A DNA stretch of 36,831 nucleotides from Candidatus Tayloriibacteriota bacterium (GTDB lineage Bacteria; Patescibacteriota; Minisyncoccia; Phycocordibacterales; PALSA-1337). Both the position numbers and the translations under genes were made by a program. The number at the start of each line of letters is the position of its first letter. Within the stretch, counting starts at the first letter, position 1. The notes under the pieces were generated by a model that saw only the letters and a list, made by a program, of their open reading frames with translations, was not told the DNA's origin and ran no database searches. This document shows, piece after piece, positions 8,127 through 17,542 of the stretch. The DNA lies in contig JANXRK010000065.1 in assembly GCA_025353045.1 (NCBI GenBank), forward strand, positions 1-36,831, written 5' to 3'.

Positions 8127-8504
8127 ATGAAAACTAATAATCGTAAAACAGGAGATAAGGGTGAGGATATTGCATGTTTCTACCTAGAGAAACATGGGTA
8201 TTTTGTGCAGGAAAGAAATTATTTAAAGAAGTGGGGAGAAATAGACATTATAGCGGTCAAAGACGAAATTCTTCATTTTATTGAAGTAAAAAGTGTTATA
8301 GCTAGGGGAGATATGAAAGGCTATAGGCCAGAAGAGAATGTCCATGAGCTAAAACAGAGGAAACTTCGAAGAATTATCCAAACATATCTCAACCATCATA
8401 AGTATGGATTGGAATCAGAATTTAAGTTTAATGTTATAACTGTTACGATGAATAATGTCACAGGGAAGGCAGTTGTGAAGATATTTGAGAATATTATTCT
8501 CTAA
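8127..8504 (+). CDS. yraN: YraN (UPF0102) family putative nuclease
   Basis: GDKGEDIA...RNY...GEIDIIA...FIEVK. Confidence 0.92.
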   Translation: MKTNNRKTGDKGEDIACFYLEKHGYFVQERNYLKKWGEIDIIAVKDEILHFIEVKSVIARGDMKGYRPEENVHELKQRKLRRIIQTYLNHHKYGLESEFKFNVITVTMNNVTGKAVVKIFENIIL

Positions 8505-8569
8505 TACAGGCCAATTTTTATGGATTTTCTTTGGATTTTCATGAGGCCTGTGCTAGTATAGTCAGATAT

Positions 8570-8642
8570 CGGAGCGTGGTGTAACGGCTAACATTCCTGT
8601 TTTGGGAACAGGCGACTCCGGGTTCGAATCCCGGCGCTCCGA
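8570..8642 (+). tRNA. tRNA-Pro(TGG)
   Basis: Acceptor stem CGGAGCG/CGCTCCG, anticodon arm CCTGT-TT-TGG-GA-ACAGG, T-arm GGTTCGAATCC. Confidence 0.95.
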
Positions 8643-8660
8643 CAATTTTGAAATATTGAT

Positions 8661-10025
8661 ATGAGAATAAATAAATCACCCTGGATACATCAACTTGATC
8701 AGGAGAGAAAGACCACTGTTCTTAAGAATGATCTTGATACGGACATAGCTATAGTTGGAGCTGGAATCGCAGGTGTATCAACAGCATTCTTCACACTCAA
8801 ATACACTCAAGAAAGAGTGGTACTCCTTGATCAGGGAAAATTAGCCCATGGTGCAACAGGACATAATGCAGGGCAAGTGGTGGCTCGATTTGAGAGGCCC
8901 CTTAGAGAAATTGAAAAAGAGTTTGGATTTGAAAATACAAAAGACGCATTACAAAGTCTTCATTCGGCTTGGCTTCTCATTGAGGAAATGTATGAAGATG
9001 CTAAACTCGGCATCGTTTTTTCTCACACAGAAGGGAATATTGGTTTTTCTAATTTGTACCAAGTGCTCTTGGCGCTTCAAGATAATGAAATAGAGATTCT
9101 ATCGGGATTAGTTCATACAAAGTTTTTTGTCAGTGACAATGCACCTTTTTTGAAAGATATTCCAAAAATATACCAAAATTTATATAAAATCGTTCCTCAG
9201 TCAGAAATTCTCAAGAAAATGGAGACTGAGGATACGAGTTTTTATGCTTTATATTCGGATCAAGCAGCTTGTATGAACTCTGCACTTTTCTGTCAGGAGG
9301 TTGTTCTATATCTTTTAAAAAAATATCCAGAAAGATTTTTACTATTTGAAAATACAAGAATTAATAAAGTTGTACTTACTACAAATCATGCACTTTTGGA
9401 TGCTGAGAAACATACTATCAATGCAAGCAAGGTGATTTTGTGTACAAATGGTTTTGAAAATTTTGAAATATTTAATAAAGGAGGTTTGGAGATAAACAAA
9501 AACTTTCACCATTCAGTACAAGGGACTGTTGGGTATATGTCAGCATACATCGAGAAAATGAATAAGATGCCGACAGTTATTGCGTATCATACAGAAGATA
9601 CTGATCCATCGAAAGATAGCTCTACATATTTTTATTTAACGCGAAGACCATCCGAAAATCATGAAAAAAAAGATAATTTGATTTGTGTGGGAGGTCCAGA
9701 AATTGATATTGACGATCGCGCTGAATATTTAAGAGACTATGAGTATCCGGATGAAATTCCAGCAAAGATAGATCAATTTATAAAAAAAGAATACGACTCT
9801 GATCCAAATCATAAAATTGATTATGAATTCACTTGGCACGGTCTTATGGGGTATACACCAAACAGGATTCGGCTTATCGGTACTGAACCGAAAAATCCTG
9901 TCCTTTTATACAATCTTGGTTGTAATGGTATCGGTATTATCCCGTCAGTGTATGGTGGTAGAAGAATTTCAAAAATTCTAGCAGGGGAAAGACTTCGACC
10001 TTCAATATTTGACCCAAAAGGGTAG
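8661..10025 (+). CDS. FAD-dependent oxidoreductase (DAO/PuuB-like)
   Basis: Motifs DIAIVGAGIAGVSTA, GATGHNAG, WHGLMGYT and GCNGIG. Confidence 0.85.
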   Translation: MRINKSPWIHQLDQERKTTVLKNDLDTDIAIVGAGIAGVSTAFFTLKYTQERVVLLDQGKLAHGATGHNAGQVVARFERPLREIEKEFGFENTKDALQSLHSAWLLIEEMYEDAKLGIVFSHTEGNIGFSNLYQVLLALQDNEIEILSGLVHTKFFVSDNAPFLKDIPKIYQNLYKIVPQSEILKKMETEDTSFYALYSDQAACMNSALFCQEVVLYLLKKYPERFLLFENTRINKVVLTTNHALLDAEKHTINASKVILCTNGFENFEIFNKGGLEINKNFHHSVQGTVGYMSAYIEKMNKMPTVIAYHTEDTDPSKDSSTYFYLTRRPSENHEKKDNLICVGGPEIDIDDRAEYLRDYEYPDEIPAKIDQFIKKEYDSDPNHKIDYEFTWHGLMGYTPNRIRLIGTEPKNPVLLYNLGCNGIGIIPSVYGGRRISKILAGERLRPSIFDPKG

Positions 10026-10078
10026 CAGAATGGAATGTTTTCTGCTAGTATAGATTCCGTGCTAAATTGTGAGTAATT

Positions 10079-10149
10079 GCGGGGCTAGTTTAATGGTAGA
10101 ATAGAAGTTTTCCAAACTTTTGGTGGGAGTTCGATTCTCCCGCCCCGCA
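10079..10149 (+). tRNA. tRNA-Gly(TCC)
   Basis: Acceptor stem GCGGGGC/GCCCCGC, anticodon loop TT-TCC-AA, T-arm GAGTTCGATTCTC. Confidence 0.94.
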
Positions 10150-10192
10150 CAACCAAGGAGTTTAGGGTGTGTTTAGTTGGAAACTTTGGGTA

Positions 10193-10226
10193 AAACAAAA
10201 ACCCGCCCTACGGCGGATTTTTGTTT
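10193..10226. terminator. Bidirectional intrinsic terminator between tRNA-Gly and HU
   Basis: AAACAAAAAC-CCGCC-CTAC-GGCGG-ATTTTTGTTT. Confidence 0.8.
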
Positions 10227-10262
10227 AGTCTAGTCTCGAGCGAGCGATTATTTTGTAATGAT

Positions 10263-10535
10263 TTATTTTACTGCGTCCTTTAGTCCCTTTGCTGCTCGGA
10301 ACTTTGGAACCTTCATGGCTGGAACCTTGATAGCCTCACCTGTTCGAGGGTTTCGAGCGTCTCGTGCCGCTCGTTCCTTTACTGAGAAGATACCAAGTCC
10401 TGCGATAGAAACTTCCTCACCCTTCTTGAGAGAGTCGATTATTGAGTTTACTACAATGTCTACTGCTTGCTCTGCTTGTACCTTTGTTCCTCCAAGCATT
10501 GCATGTACTGCATCTACGATTCCTGCTTTATTCAT
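10263..10535 (-). CDS. hup: HU family DNA-binding protein
   Basis: MNKA...GLGIFSVKERAARDARNPRTGEAIKVPA...PKFRAAKGLKDAV. Confidence 0.96.
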   Translation of the reverse strand: MNKAGIVDAVHAMLGGTKVQAEQAVDIVVNSIIDSLKKGEEVSIAGLGIFSVKERAARDARNPRTGEAIKVPAMKVPKFRAAKGLKDAVK

Positions 10536-10628
10536 ATAATTTTTGACAAGATTAACTAATAATTGTTTAACGTAGGTAATTATATAATATGACCCTTTTT
10601 AAGCAATAGATGCCAAATTGGGCATATT

Positions 10629-12161
10629 TTAGCGAGCAAAGTCAATAACTCGAGTCTCTCTAATGATAGTTACTTTGATTTCCCCTGGATATTTGAGATC
10701 TTTTTCTATCTTGAGTGCTATATCCCGAGCCATATTTTTTGCTTCGAGATCAGTAATCTTCTCTGGAGTCACAAAAATACGTATCTCACGTCCTGCCTGA
10801 AGGGCATAGGACTTCTCAACTCCTTGGAATCCATTTGCAATTGCTTCTAGGTCGCCTAGACGTTTCAAATAGTTCTCAATGCTATCATGTCGAGCACCTG
10901 GACGAGCACCTGATACTGCATCTGCTGTCTGCACAATGCGTGATTCAACCGTTTCATATGGATATTCTTCATGATGAGCTTGCATTGCTTTAACAATATC
11001 CTCACTTGCACCAAATTTCTGAAGAATTCTTCGTCCGATCTCTACATGACTTCCAGAGACTTCATGATCGAGTGCCTTACCTAGGTCATGGAGCAGGGCA
11101 CCAGCCTTTGCTACAGCGACATTTGCTCCTATTTCTTCAGCAATCATTCCTGCGATGTGTGACATCTCTATAGAGTGCTGCAAGACATTTTGACCATAAC
11201 TCGTTCTAAAGTGGAGACGGCCAAGGATAAGGATAATTCGAGGATCGAGACCAATAACTCCACATTCATACGCAGCTTGCTCACCTTTTTCTTTAATTGT
11301 TTTATTTATACCAGCTTGAGCTTCAGCTACGATCTTTTCAATCTTTGCAGGCTGAATACGACCGTCTTTGATAAGTTCCTCAAGAGCAACTCGTGCTACA
11401 TGACGTCGAACAGGATCAAAAGAGGAAATAGTAATAGTTCCTGGAGTATCGTCAACGATAACTTCAACGCCTGTCATTCTTTCGAACGCTTTGATATTTC
11501 TACCTTCTTTACCGATAATCTTTCCTTTTATTTCATCACTTGGAATAGCCACAGAAGTTGACATGATGTCTGAAGCTACAGAGTTAGCTAGACGCTGAAT
11601 AGATATAGCAAGAATGTCTTGAGCCTTTTTCTCAAGAGTTTCCTCGCCATTCTGTTCAAGCTTAGAAATACGAACAAGTAAATCTTGTTCAGCATTCTTT
11701 TCAATTGTTTTGATAAGAGTTTGGCGGGCTTCTTCTGCAGACATTTTTGCAACTCGTTCCAAAGCCTGAGCTTTTTCTTGTTCAAGTTTATCGGCCTTTT
11801 CTCGGATTACTTTTATCTGATCTACCTTTTCTTTGATTTGTTCTACCTCTTTATCTATATCAGTCTGTCTTTTATCGAGTAAATCTTCCTTCTTGATTAA
11901 TCTTGTTTCTGATTGTTGAACCTTTTCTTCTTTTTCTTTTATCTCCACTCGAGCCTCTTCAAGAAACTTTTTTGATTTTGTATCTGCGTCAGCTGTGATT
12001 CTTTTCGCCTCTTCTTTTGCCGTGAGAAGCATTTCTTTTATTTCAAGCTCCATCGATCCCTTTTTCCCTAGGGATATAATGAGGCGGAGGTAGTAACCGA
12101 TTGCGACTCCGGCTACTCCTGCAATACTCAAGAGTACTGCTACGGTTTTTAATGATGTCAT
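10629..12161 (-). CDS. rny: Ribonuclease Y
   Basis: N-terminal TM, coiled coil, KH domain (KGKIIGKEGRNI), RTSYGQNVLQHS, HD motif LLHDLGK. Confidence 0.97.
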   Translation of the reverse strand: MTSLKTVAVLLSIAGVAGVAIGYYLRLIISLGKKGSMELEIKEMLLTAKEEAKRITADADTKSKKFLEEARVEIKEKEEKVQQSETRLIKKEDLLDKRQTDIDKEVEQIKEKVDQIKVIREKADKLEQEKAQALERVAKMSAEEARQTLIKTIEKNAEQDLLVRISKLEQNGEETLEKKAQDILAISIQRLANSVASDIMSTSVAIPSDEIKGKIIGKEGRNIKAFERMTGVEVIVDDTPGTITISSFDPVRRHVARVALEELIKDGRIQPAKIEKIVAEAQAGINKTIKEKGEQAAYECGVIGLDPRIILILGRLHFRTSYGQNVLQHSIEMSHIAGMIAEEIGANVAVAKAGALLHDLGKALDHEVSGSHVEIGRRILQKFGASEDIVKAMQAHHEEYPYETVESRIVQTADAVSGARPGARHDSIENYLKRLGDLEAIANGFQGVEKSYALQAGREIRIFVTPEKITDLEAKNMARDIALKIEKDLKYPGEIKVTIIRETRVIDFAR

Positions 12162-12302
12162 TTGCGAATATAATTCGCCTTCCTCAGATTCTAACTAGTG
12201 TACTCAGTATGTTCAGTATATGTGTGTAATAATCGTGACACGTCGTTTACTTTCTTTAAAGGGAATTAAAATTAAATTTGTAACAAAGTTACTGTACCAC
12301 GA

Positions 12303-12905
12303 TTAGATTATCTTGTCGATGATACCGTATTTTCGTGCCTCATCAGCATCCATGAAGAAGTTTCGATCCATATCTTTTTCAATTTTTGATAAAGGTTGGC
12401 CTGTATTTTTGACAAGCATTTTATTAAGACTTTCTCGAGTCTTGAGAATATGCTTAGCGCTAATTTCAATATCTGAAGCCTGCCCCTCGACACCCCCAAG
12501 AGGTTGATGAATCATTATTTCAGAATTTGGTAATGCAAATCGCTTTCCTTTTTTTCCTGAAGCAAGAATGTGTGATCCCATTGATGCTGCCATTCCAACA
12601 CACACTGTTGAAACATCATTTTTAATATTATTCATGGTATCGATAATTGCGAGACCTGCGGTAACTACGCCGCCAGGAGAATTGATATAAAGAGTAATAT
12701 CTTTTTTTGGATCCTCGGCTTGAAGAAAAAGTAATTGAGCGATAATGATATTTGCGACATGATCATCGATGGGTCCAGCCAAGAAAATAATATTTTCTTT
12801 CAGCAATCTTGAATAAATATCATAAGCCCGTTCGCCCATGCTTGTCTTTTCTATTACAGTTGGTATTAACATATATTTTAAATTTAAATTAGATAATATT
12901 TCCAT
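12303..12905 (-). CDS. clpP: ATP-dependent Clp protease proteolytic subunit (alternative start 12872)
   Basis: Motifs [22 protein letters not shown] and MIHQPLGG. Confidence 0.97.
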   Translation of the reverse strand: MEILSNLNLKYMLIPTVIEKTSMGERAYDIYSRLLKENIIFLAGPIDDHVANIIIAQLLFLQAEDPKKDITLYINSPGGVVTAGLAIIDTMNNIKNDVSTVCVGMAASMGSHILASGKKGKRFALPNSEIMIHQPLGGVEGQASDIEISAKHILKTRESLNKMLVKNTGQPLSKIEKDMDRNFFMDADEARKYGIIDKII

Positions 12906-12991
12906 AATACCTTATGTCTCATATTTAGCAACTTCAGGAAAAGAAAATGCCCAAGTTATTCACTTGAGCATTTCATGCGTGCGATGTGGAA

Positions 12992-14002
12992 TCATCTCTC
13001 CATTCCTTTTAGTACTTCAAGGTAGAGGTCTTCCACAATGCGTTCTTGGGCTGCACCTGATTTGGCATAGTGGTCAAGTCCTGGGGCGGAGTTGATTTCG
13101 AGAATCCAATACTGGTTAGGTTTATTGCTAATATCTCCTTCAATCATGAGGTCAACACCACACAATCTCAACCCCATATCCCTGGTAAGTGCAACGCAAA
13201 CTCTCCTGAAATCTCGGTGGATCTTATCAGTCACATCCACGGAATCACCGCCATTTGACAAGTTCGCGTTATCGAGGAGATAGATCAACCTACCTTTCTC
13301 AAGTACTGACTCAAGGGTCAAACCTTGATGTTTGAGTTTTTCGATCATTCTCGAATCAGAGAAACTAATGCGTGTGTCTCGATAGTCACGAACGAATTTT
13401 ATCTGTTTTACATCGAGCAACTCACGGATAGATGATTCACCATCACCGGTGACGTTAAGTGGAATTCTCTGATAGGCAGAGATCACGCGCTTGTCTAAGA
13501 CGACTACGCGGTAGTCCTTTCCACGCACGACTTGTTGCACCAAGGCAACTCGATCACGTCCAAAGACAGACTTCATTGCATTGTAGAATTGTCGCTTGTT
13601 GTGAACCATGGCTACATTTGTTCCCTGACTTCCACTGTTAGGCTTAACAATGACTGGAAAACCAAGTCCTTTGGCGTAATGGTATGCACCGTTTACGTCT
13701 CTGTTACGCAAGCCAATCTTCGAAGCAAAAGATCTCGCAAAAAAAGTTCTGCTACCGGAAACAGTGCGGTAACCCATCTTTTTCATGAACATGTTGGCGT
13801 AGTCTTTATCCTTGGCGATCTCAGATGCTCCGAGCGGATTCAGATCAATGCAAGAACCACGAAAGTAACACCTTTTACCGTTTTTGAACGTGATTTGACC
13901 AACCACTTGCCATCTCGGTTCGATAAGCACCTTTGCTCCTATCAAGGGTGCTATTTTCTTGAGTACTTGACCGAGAATTGGTGTGACAGTTTCTTTTTTC
14001 AT
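12992..14002 (-). CDS. Stand-alone ATP-grasp ligase of the cyanophycin synthetase G-domain/GshF type
   Basis: Motifs AKDKDYA, GFPVIVKPNSGSQG, GKDYRVVV, RIPLNVTGDGESSIREL, NANLSNGG and GVDLM...LEINSAPG. Confidence 0.8.
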   Translation of the reverse strand: MKKETVTPILGQVLKKIAPLIGAKVLIEPRWQVVGQITFKNGKRCYFRGSCIDLNPLGASEIAKDKDYANMFMKKMGYRTVSGSRTFFARSFASKIGLRNRDVNGAYHYAKGLGFPVIVKPNSGSQGTNVAMVHNKRQFYNAMKSVFGRDRVALVQQVVRGKDYRVVVLDKRVISAYQRIPLNVTGDGESSIRELLDVKQIKFVRDYRDTRISFSDSRMIEKLKHQGLTLESVLEKGRLIYLLDNANLSNGGDSVDVTDKIHRDFRRVCVALTRDMGLRLCGVDLMIEGDISNKPNQYWILEINSAPGLDHYAKSGAAQERIVEDLYLEVLKGMER

Positions 14003-14066
14003 AGATTTCTGATAAATTTGGTTTATTACGTATTCTTAAACGATCAGGTTGTAAGAATCTCTATTG

Positions 14067-14095
14067 AGAATACTCGAGCATAATTCCAAAGTCAA
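14067..14095 (-). promoter_or_regulatory. Sigma70 promoter of the ATP-grasp gene (TTGACT-17nt-TATTCT)
   Basis: Reverse complement of 14090-14095 and 14067-14072, with a 17-nt spacer. Confidence 0.6.
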
Positions 14096-14107
14096 CAATA
14101 ATCAAAT

Positions 14108-15391
14108 ATGAATAAAAAAAGATTTAAAAAATACTATAGGACAGTAAAGTTTCTTGAAAGTCTATCTACTTTATCTTCTAAACAAAATTATATGGTACAT
14201 AGAAATGATCTTGATATTTATTTGAAAAGAATGAGATATTTTTTAAATTTGCTTGATAATCCAGATAGATGGTTAAATTTTATTCACATAACGGGAACCT
14301 CAGGAAAGGGTACCGTTACAAACATGCTTCATGAGGTCATATATTCATCCGGAGTAAAGGTTGGTTCATTTACCTCTCCTTTTGTTACAACATCGATAGA
14401 AAAAATAAAAATTAACGATAAGTACATTTCAATGGATGACTTTGTAAAGATTGTCGAAAAAATGAAACCTGCAATTAAACAAACGATAAAAAGTAAATTT
14501 GGTGCAGTCTCATATTTTGAAGTATTCTTTGCAATATCGTTAGTCTATTTTAGACAACAGAAATGTGACTGGGTCGTTCTAGAAGTCGGTCTTGGTGGCA
14601 GATACGATGCAACTAATGTAATTGAAAATCCAGTTTTCACGGCTATTACTAATATTGATTATGATCACACTGAAATCCTGGGAAAAACACTTACCAAGAT
14701 TGCGAGAGATAAAGCAGGAATTATTAAAAAAGGTTCTACTTTTTTTACATCTGAAAATAGAAAATCAATTTTGAAGATATTTAAAAATATTTGCACAAAT
14801 CACAGCGTTGAATTTAATGCAATTCAGCACTCTCGTGATTATATGAAAAATAATATTTTATTAGTCACCAATATTTGTAAGAAAATAGGAATAAAGGATT
14901 CAGACATTCACGTTGGGATTTCAAAATCCAGACTACAATGTCGATTTGAAATTATCCAAAATGATCCAACTATTATAATAGATGGTGCACATAATAAAGC
15001 AAAAATTAAAAGCACTATCGATAATCTAAGGAAGATCAAATACAACAAATTGCATCTTGTCATAGCAATCTCGCAAAACAAAGATCATCTGGCAATCTTA
15101 AAACAATTAATACCAGTTGCTGATAATATTTATTTTACAAAATTTATGAATAGATTCAGAAAGTGTGCAGACCCTGAATCGCTCATTAATCTATCAAAGA
15201 ACTATTTTAAAAAAGATGCTATATATATGAAATATACATCATCAAAAAAAGCTACAAGTATAGCTCTTCAAAATGCAGATAAAAGTGACATTATTCTTAT
15301 AACAGGTTCGTTTTTTCTAGCCGGTGAAATTAGAAAATTGTGGTATCCAGAAGAGGAGATTCTTGAGAAACGCAATGCTTTTGATATTTAG
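14108..15391 (+). CDS. folC: Folylpolyglutamate synthase/dihydrofolate synthase family (Mur-ligase fold)
   Basis: Motifs IHITGTSGKG, FTSP, LEVGLGGRYDATN, DHTEILG...KAGIIK, IDGAHN and TGSFFLAG. Confidence 0.88.
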   Translation: MNKKRFKKYYRTVKFLESLSTLSSKQNYMVHRNDLDIYLKRMRYFLNLLDNPDRWLNFIHITGTSGKGTVTNMLHEVIYSSGVKVGSFTSPFVTTSIEKIKINDKYISMDDFVKIVEKMKPAIKQTIKSKFGAVSYFEVFFAISLVYFRQQKCDWVVLEVGLGGRYDATNVIENPVFTAITNIDYDHTEILGKTLTKIARDKAGIIKKGSTFFTSENRKSILKIFKNICTNHSVEFNAIQHSRDYMKNNILLVTNICKKIGIKDSDIHVGISKSRLQCRFEIIQNDPTIIIDGAHNKAKIKSTIDNLRKIKYNKLHLVIAISQNKDHLAILKQLIPVADNIYFTKFMNRFRKCADPESLINLSKNYFKKDAIYMKYTSSKKATSIALQNADKSDIILITGSFFLAGEIRKLWYPEEEILEKRNAFDI

Positions 15392-15429
15392 CAACTTCAC
15401 AACCTTTGGGAAAGGTATATAATTGTTAC

Positions 15430-16122
15430 ATGAAATTACAAAGGTTTTTTTATGAAGAAAAGCTGAACAATAAGTTTTCAGTGCTTATTACCCGTGACTC
15501 ATTTACCAATCAACTCAAGAACGTTTTTCGGTTGATAAAAGGTGATGAGATTGTGCTATTTGATAATTCTGGCTTTGACTTCCATTGTTTAGTAGAGGGA
15601 TATGATGGAGACTCTACGTCTTTGGCTATTAGCAAGGTAGTCGAGAATATCGTCCTGCCCTTGAGAGAAACATATCTCTTTGTTTCACTTGTCAAGAAAG
15701 ATAATTTTGAATGGATCATCCAGAAAGCTACTGAGCTTGGCGTTTCACATATTATTCCATTGGTTTCGGAGAGGACAGAAAAGAAAGATATCAATCTAGA
15801 AAGAGCCCAGAAGATTATCATAGAAGCTGCTGAGCAGTCTGGAAGAGGAACATTACCTATACTTTATGGTGTGGTTGATCTTGAATCAGCACTCCACACC
15901 TATGCCCACGTAAGATCGATCGCCTGGCATCCACTATCGCCAAAGTTCGTTTCACAAGACATAACTCACATTTTGGGTGCATATATAGGTCCAGAAGGGG
16001 GATGGTCTCAGAATGAGCTTGATCTATTCAAGACACATGGTATTCACGCACGATCTCTAGGTCCACAAATACTCCGTTCAGAGACAGCTGTTGTCGCTGT
16101 TATTTCTCAGCTAGTATTCTAG
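15430..16122 (+). CDS. rsmE: 16S rRNA m3U1498 methyltransferase
   Basis: Motifs IQKATELGV, EAAEQSGR, IGPEGGWS and LGPQILRSETA. Start placed at ATG 15430, 6 nt after TATAAT. Confidence 0.94.
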   Translation: MKLQRFFYEEKLNNKFSVLITRDSFTNQLKNVFRLIKGDEIVLFDNSGFDFHCLVEGYDGDSTSLAISKVVENIVLPLRETYLFVSLVKKDNFEWIIQKATELGVSHIIPLVSERTEKKDINLERAQKIIIEAAEQSGRGTLPILYGVVDLESALHTYAHVRSIAWHPLSPKFVSQDITHILGAYIGPEGGWSQNELDLFKTHGIHARSLGPQILRSETAVVAVISQLVF

Positions 16123-16124
16123 TT

Positions 16125-17087
16125 TTATTTTAAACTCTCAAGAAATACATAAGCAGCTTCGTTTGTTAAAACTGTTTCCGCATAAGCATATGCATGATCT
16201 TGATTTGCATCTTTGTAGTGTGCTAAAATATGTTTAACTTCTTCTTCAATTTTTTTAGTATCGACATTTATTTTTTCTAGTTTAACAATTTCGTTGAGGA
16301 TAAGTTGAAGCTTAGCTTTTTTCTCGGAAGAAGGCCTCCATTCATCGCGGATTTCTTCAATACTCTTTTTCGCATGTTTGAGATAGTCCTCGATCTTAAC
16401 ACTCATCCGAGAAATATCATCGTTAAATTGCGCTTCGATTCTGCGAGTTTCACTGTCGATCAAGAGCTCTGGAATTTCAAAAACCGATGATTGGAGAATT
16501 GCGTCTGATATTGCAATTCGCCTTTTCTCTTGGGCGTTTATTTTTTTATTTTCCAACAAATATTTTTTTATTTCTTCTTTTGATTCTGATGAATGATGGT
16601 CATGTCCTGTATGATCGGCATGAGATTTCTCAATTTTCTCAACTGCCTCAGAGATTTCTTTGTCTGTCACTTCAAATGTTTCTTCAGGCTTTTCATTTTC
16701 TATCTTCGCAGCTTTTTTATAATCACCTAATTTTATTTCTGGATAGACTGTAACTATCATTTTAAATTCAAGAGGATTGTCCAATGCTAATTTAGTTATG
16801 TTTATTTCAGGTCTTCCAAGTGTGTCTATCTTTTCTTTGATTATAATTTCTGGATATACTTTTGACAATGCAAGTTGAGCCATTTCTTCAAGAACACTCA
16901 TCTCTCCAACTTTTGAAATGAGTGTTGCCTCTGGAACTTTTCCTTTTCTAAAACCATCAATAGTTATTTCATCATTAATATTCTGTAGCGCTTGCTTTCT
17001 AAAGCTATAAAAATCCTTTGTTGCTACTGAGCCAACAATCTCAACTTTTGAGCCATCTAATTTCTTTATTTTGATATCTTTATACAT
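16125..17087 (-). CDS. tig: Trigger factor lacking the FKBP/PPIase domain (alternative TTG start 17096)
   Basis: Ribosome-binding signature IDGFRKGKVP; only ~320 aa; C-terminal SurA-like region follows a short His-rich linker. Confidence 0.9.
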   Translation of the reverse strand: MYKDIKIKKLDGSKVEIVGSVATKDFYSFRKQALQNINDEITIDGFRKGKVPEATLISKVGEMSVLEEMAQLALSKVYPEIIIKEKIDTLGRPEINITKLALDNPLEFKMIVTVYPEIKLGDYKKAAKIENEKPEETFEVTDKEISEAVEKIEKSHADHTGHDHHSSESKEEIKKYLLENKKINAQEKRRIAISDAILQSSVFEIPELLIDSETRRIEAQFNDDISRMSVKIEDYLKHAKKSIEEIRDEWRPSSEKKAKLQLILNEIVKLEKINVDTKKIEEEVKHILAHYKDANQDHAYAYAETVLTNEAAYVFLESLK

Positions 17088-17118
17088 AGTTTTCAAAGTC
17101 TACAGTATAATGTATGTG

Positions 17119-17151
17119 TTGACAAATAATAACTGTTGTATCTACTATAAT
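17119..17151 (+). promoter_or_regulatory. Promoter of the toxin-antitoxin pair (TTGACA ... TACTAT/TATAAT)
   Basis: TTGACA at 17119-17124, TACTAT at 17143-17148 or TATAAT at 17146-17151, ATG at 17156. Confidence 0.6.
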
Positions 17152-17155
17152 TATT

Positions 17156-17317
17156 ATGAAAACCATTTCAAATATCAAAGTCGATAGGGAAGTGAGGGAT
17201 CAAGCGTTTGAAATCGCAAACGACATGGGTGTCCCATTAAACACACTGACAAATGTTTTTTTAAAAAAGGCTGATAGGGATATTAAAGATGGTAAAAACC
17301 TAGTTATTCCTAAATGA
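17156..17317 (+). CDS. Short RelB/DinJ-like antitoxin (53 aa, possibly a remnant)
   Basis: Manual translation MKTISNIKVDREVRDQAFEIANDMGVPLNTLTNVFLKKADRDIKDGKNLVIPK; RHH-type N-terminus; absent from the ORF track. Confidence 0.7.
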   Translation: MKTISNIKVDREVRDQAFEIANDMGVPLNTLTNVFLKKADRDIKDGKNLVIPK

Positions 17318-17487
17318 AGATTTCGAGCCTCATTTTGCAGAAAGATTTTAAGAAGCAGTTTTCTAAATTAAATAAGAAAGCTCAAATTGAATTTGAATAC
17401 AAACTCAATATCTTCTTGGAAGACCAGTTTCACCCATTATTGAATAGTCAGTCACTCTTTGTGGCAATTGGTTCACATCGTCAATAA
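17314..17487 (+). pseudogene. RelE/YafQ-like toxin with an apparent in-frame internal deletion (57 aa)
   Basis: MKISSLILQKDFKKQFSKLNKKAQIEFEYKLNIFLEDQFHPLLNSQSLFVAIGSHRQ; ATGA overlap with the antitoxin; N-terminal helices and terminal IGxH kept, middle strands absent. Confidence 0.65.
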
Positions 17488-17527
17488 AAAAGAAAAACCA
17501 CTTTACAAACAAAGGGGTTTTTCTTTT
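17488..17527. terminator. Bidirectional intrinsic terminator
   Basis: AAAAGAAAAACC...GGTTTTTCTTTT inverted repeat between convergent genes. Confidence 0.75.
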
Positions 17528-17542
17528 AGATATAAATTTTGA

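Noticed and set aside
12162..12302. Possible ncRNA or leader upstream of rny
   Set aside because: Only short, weak helices could be found.
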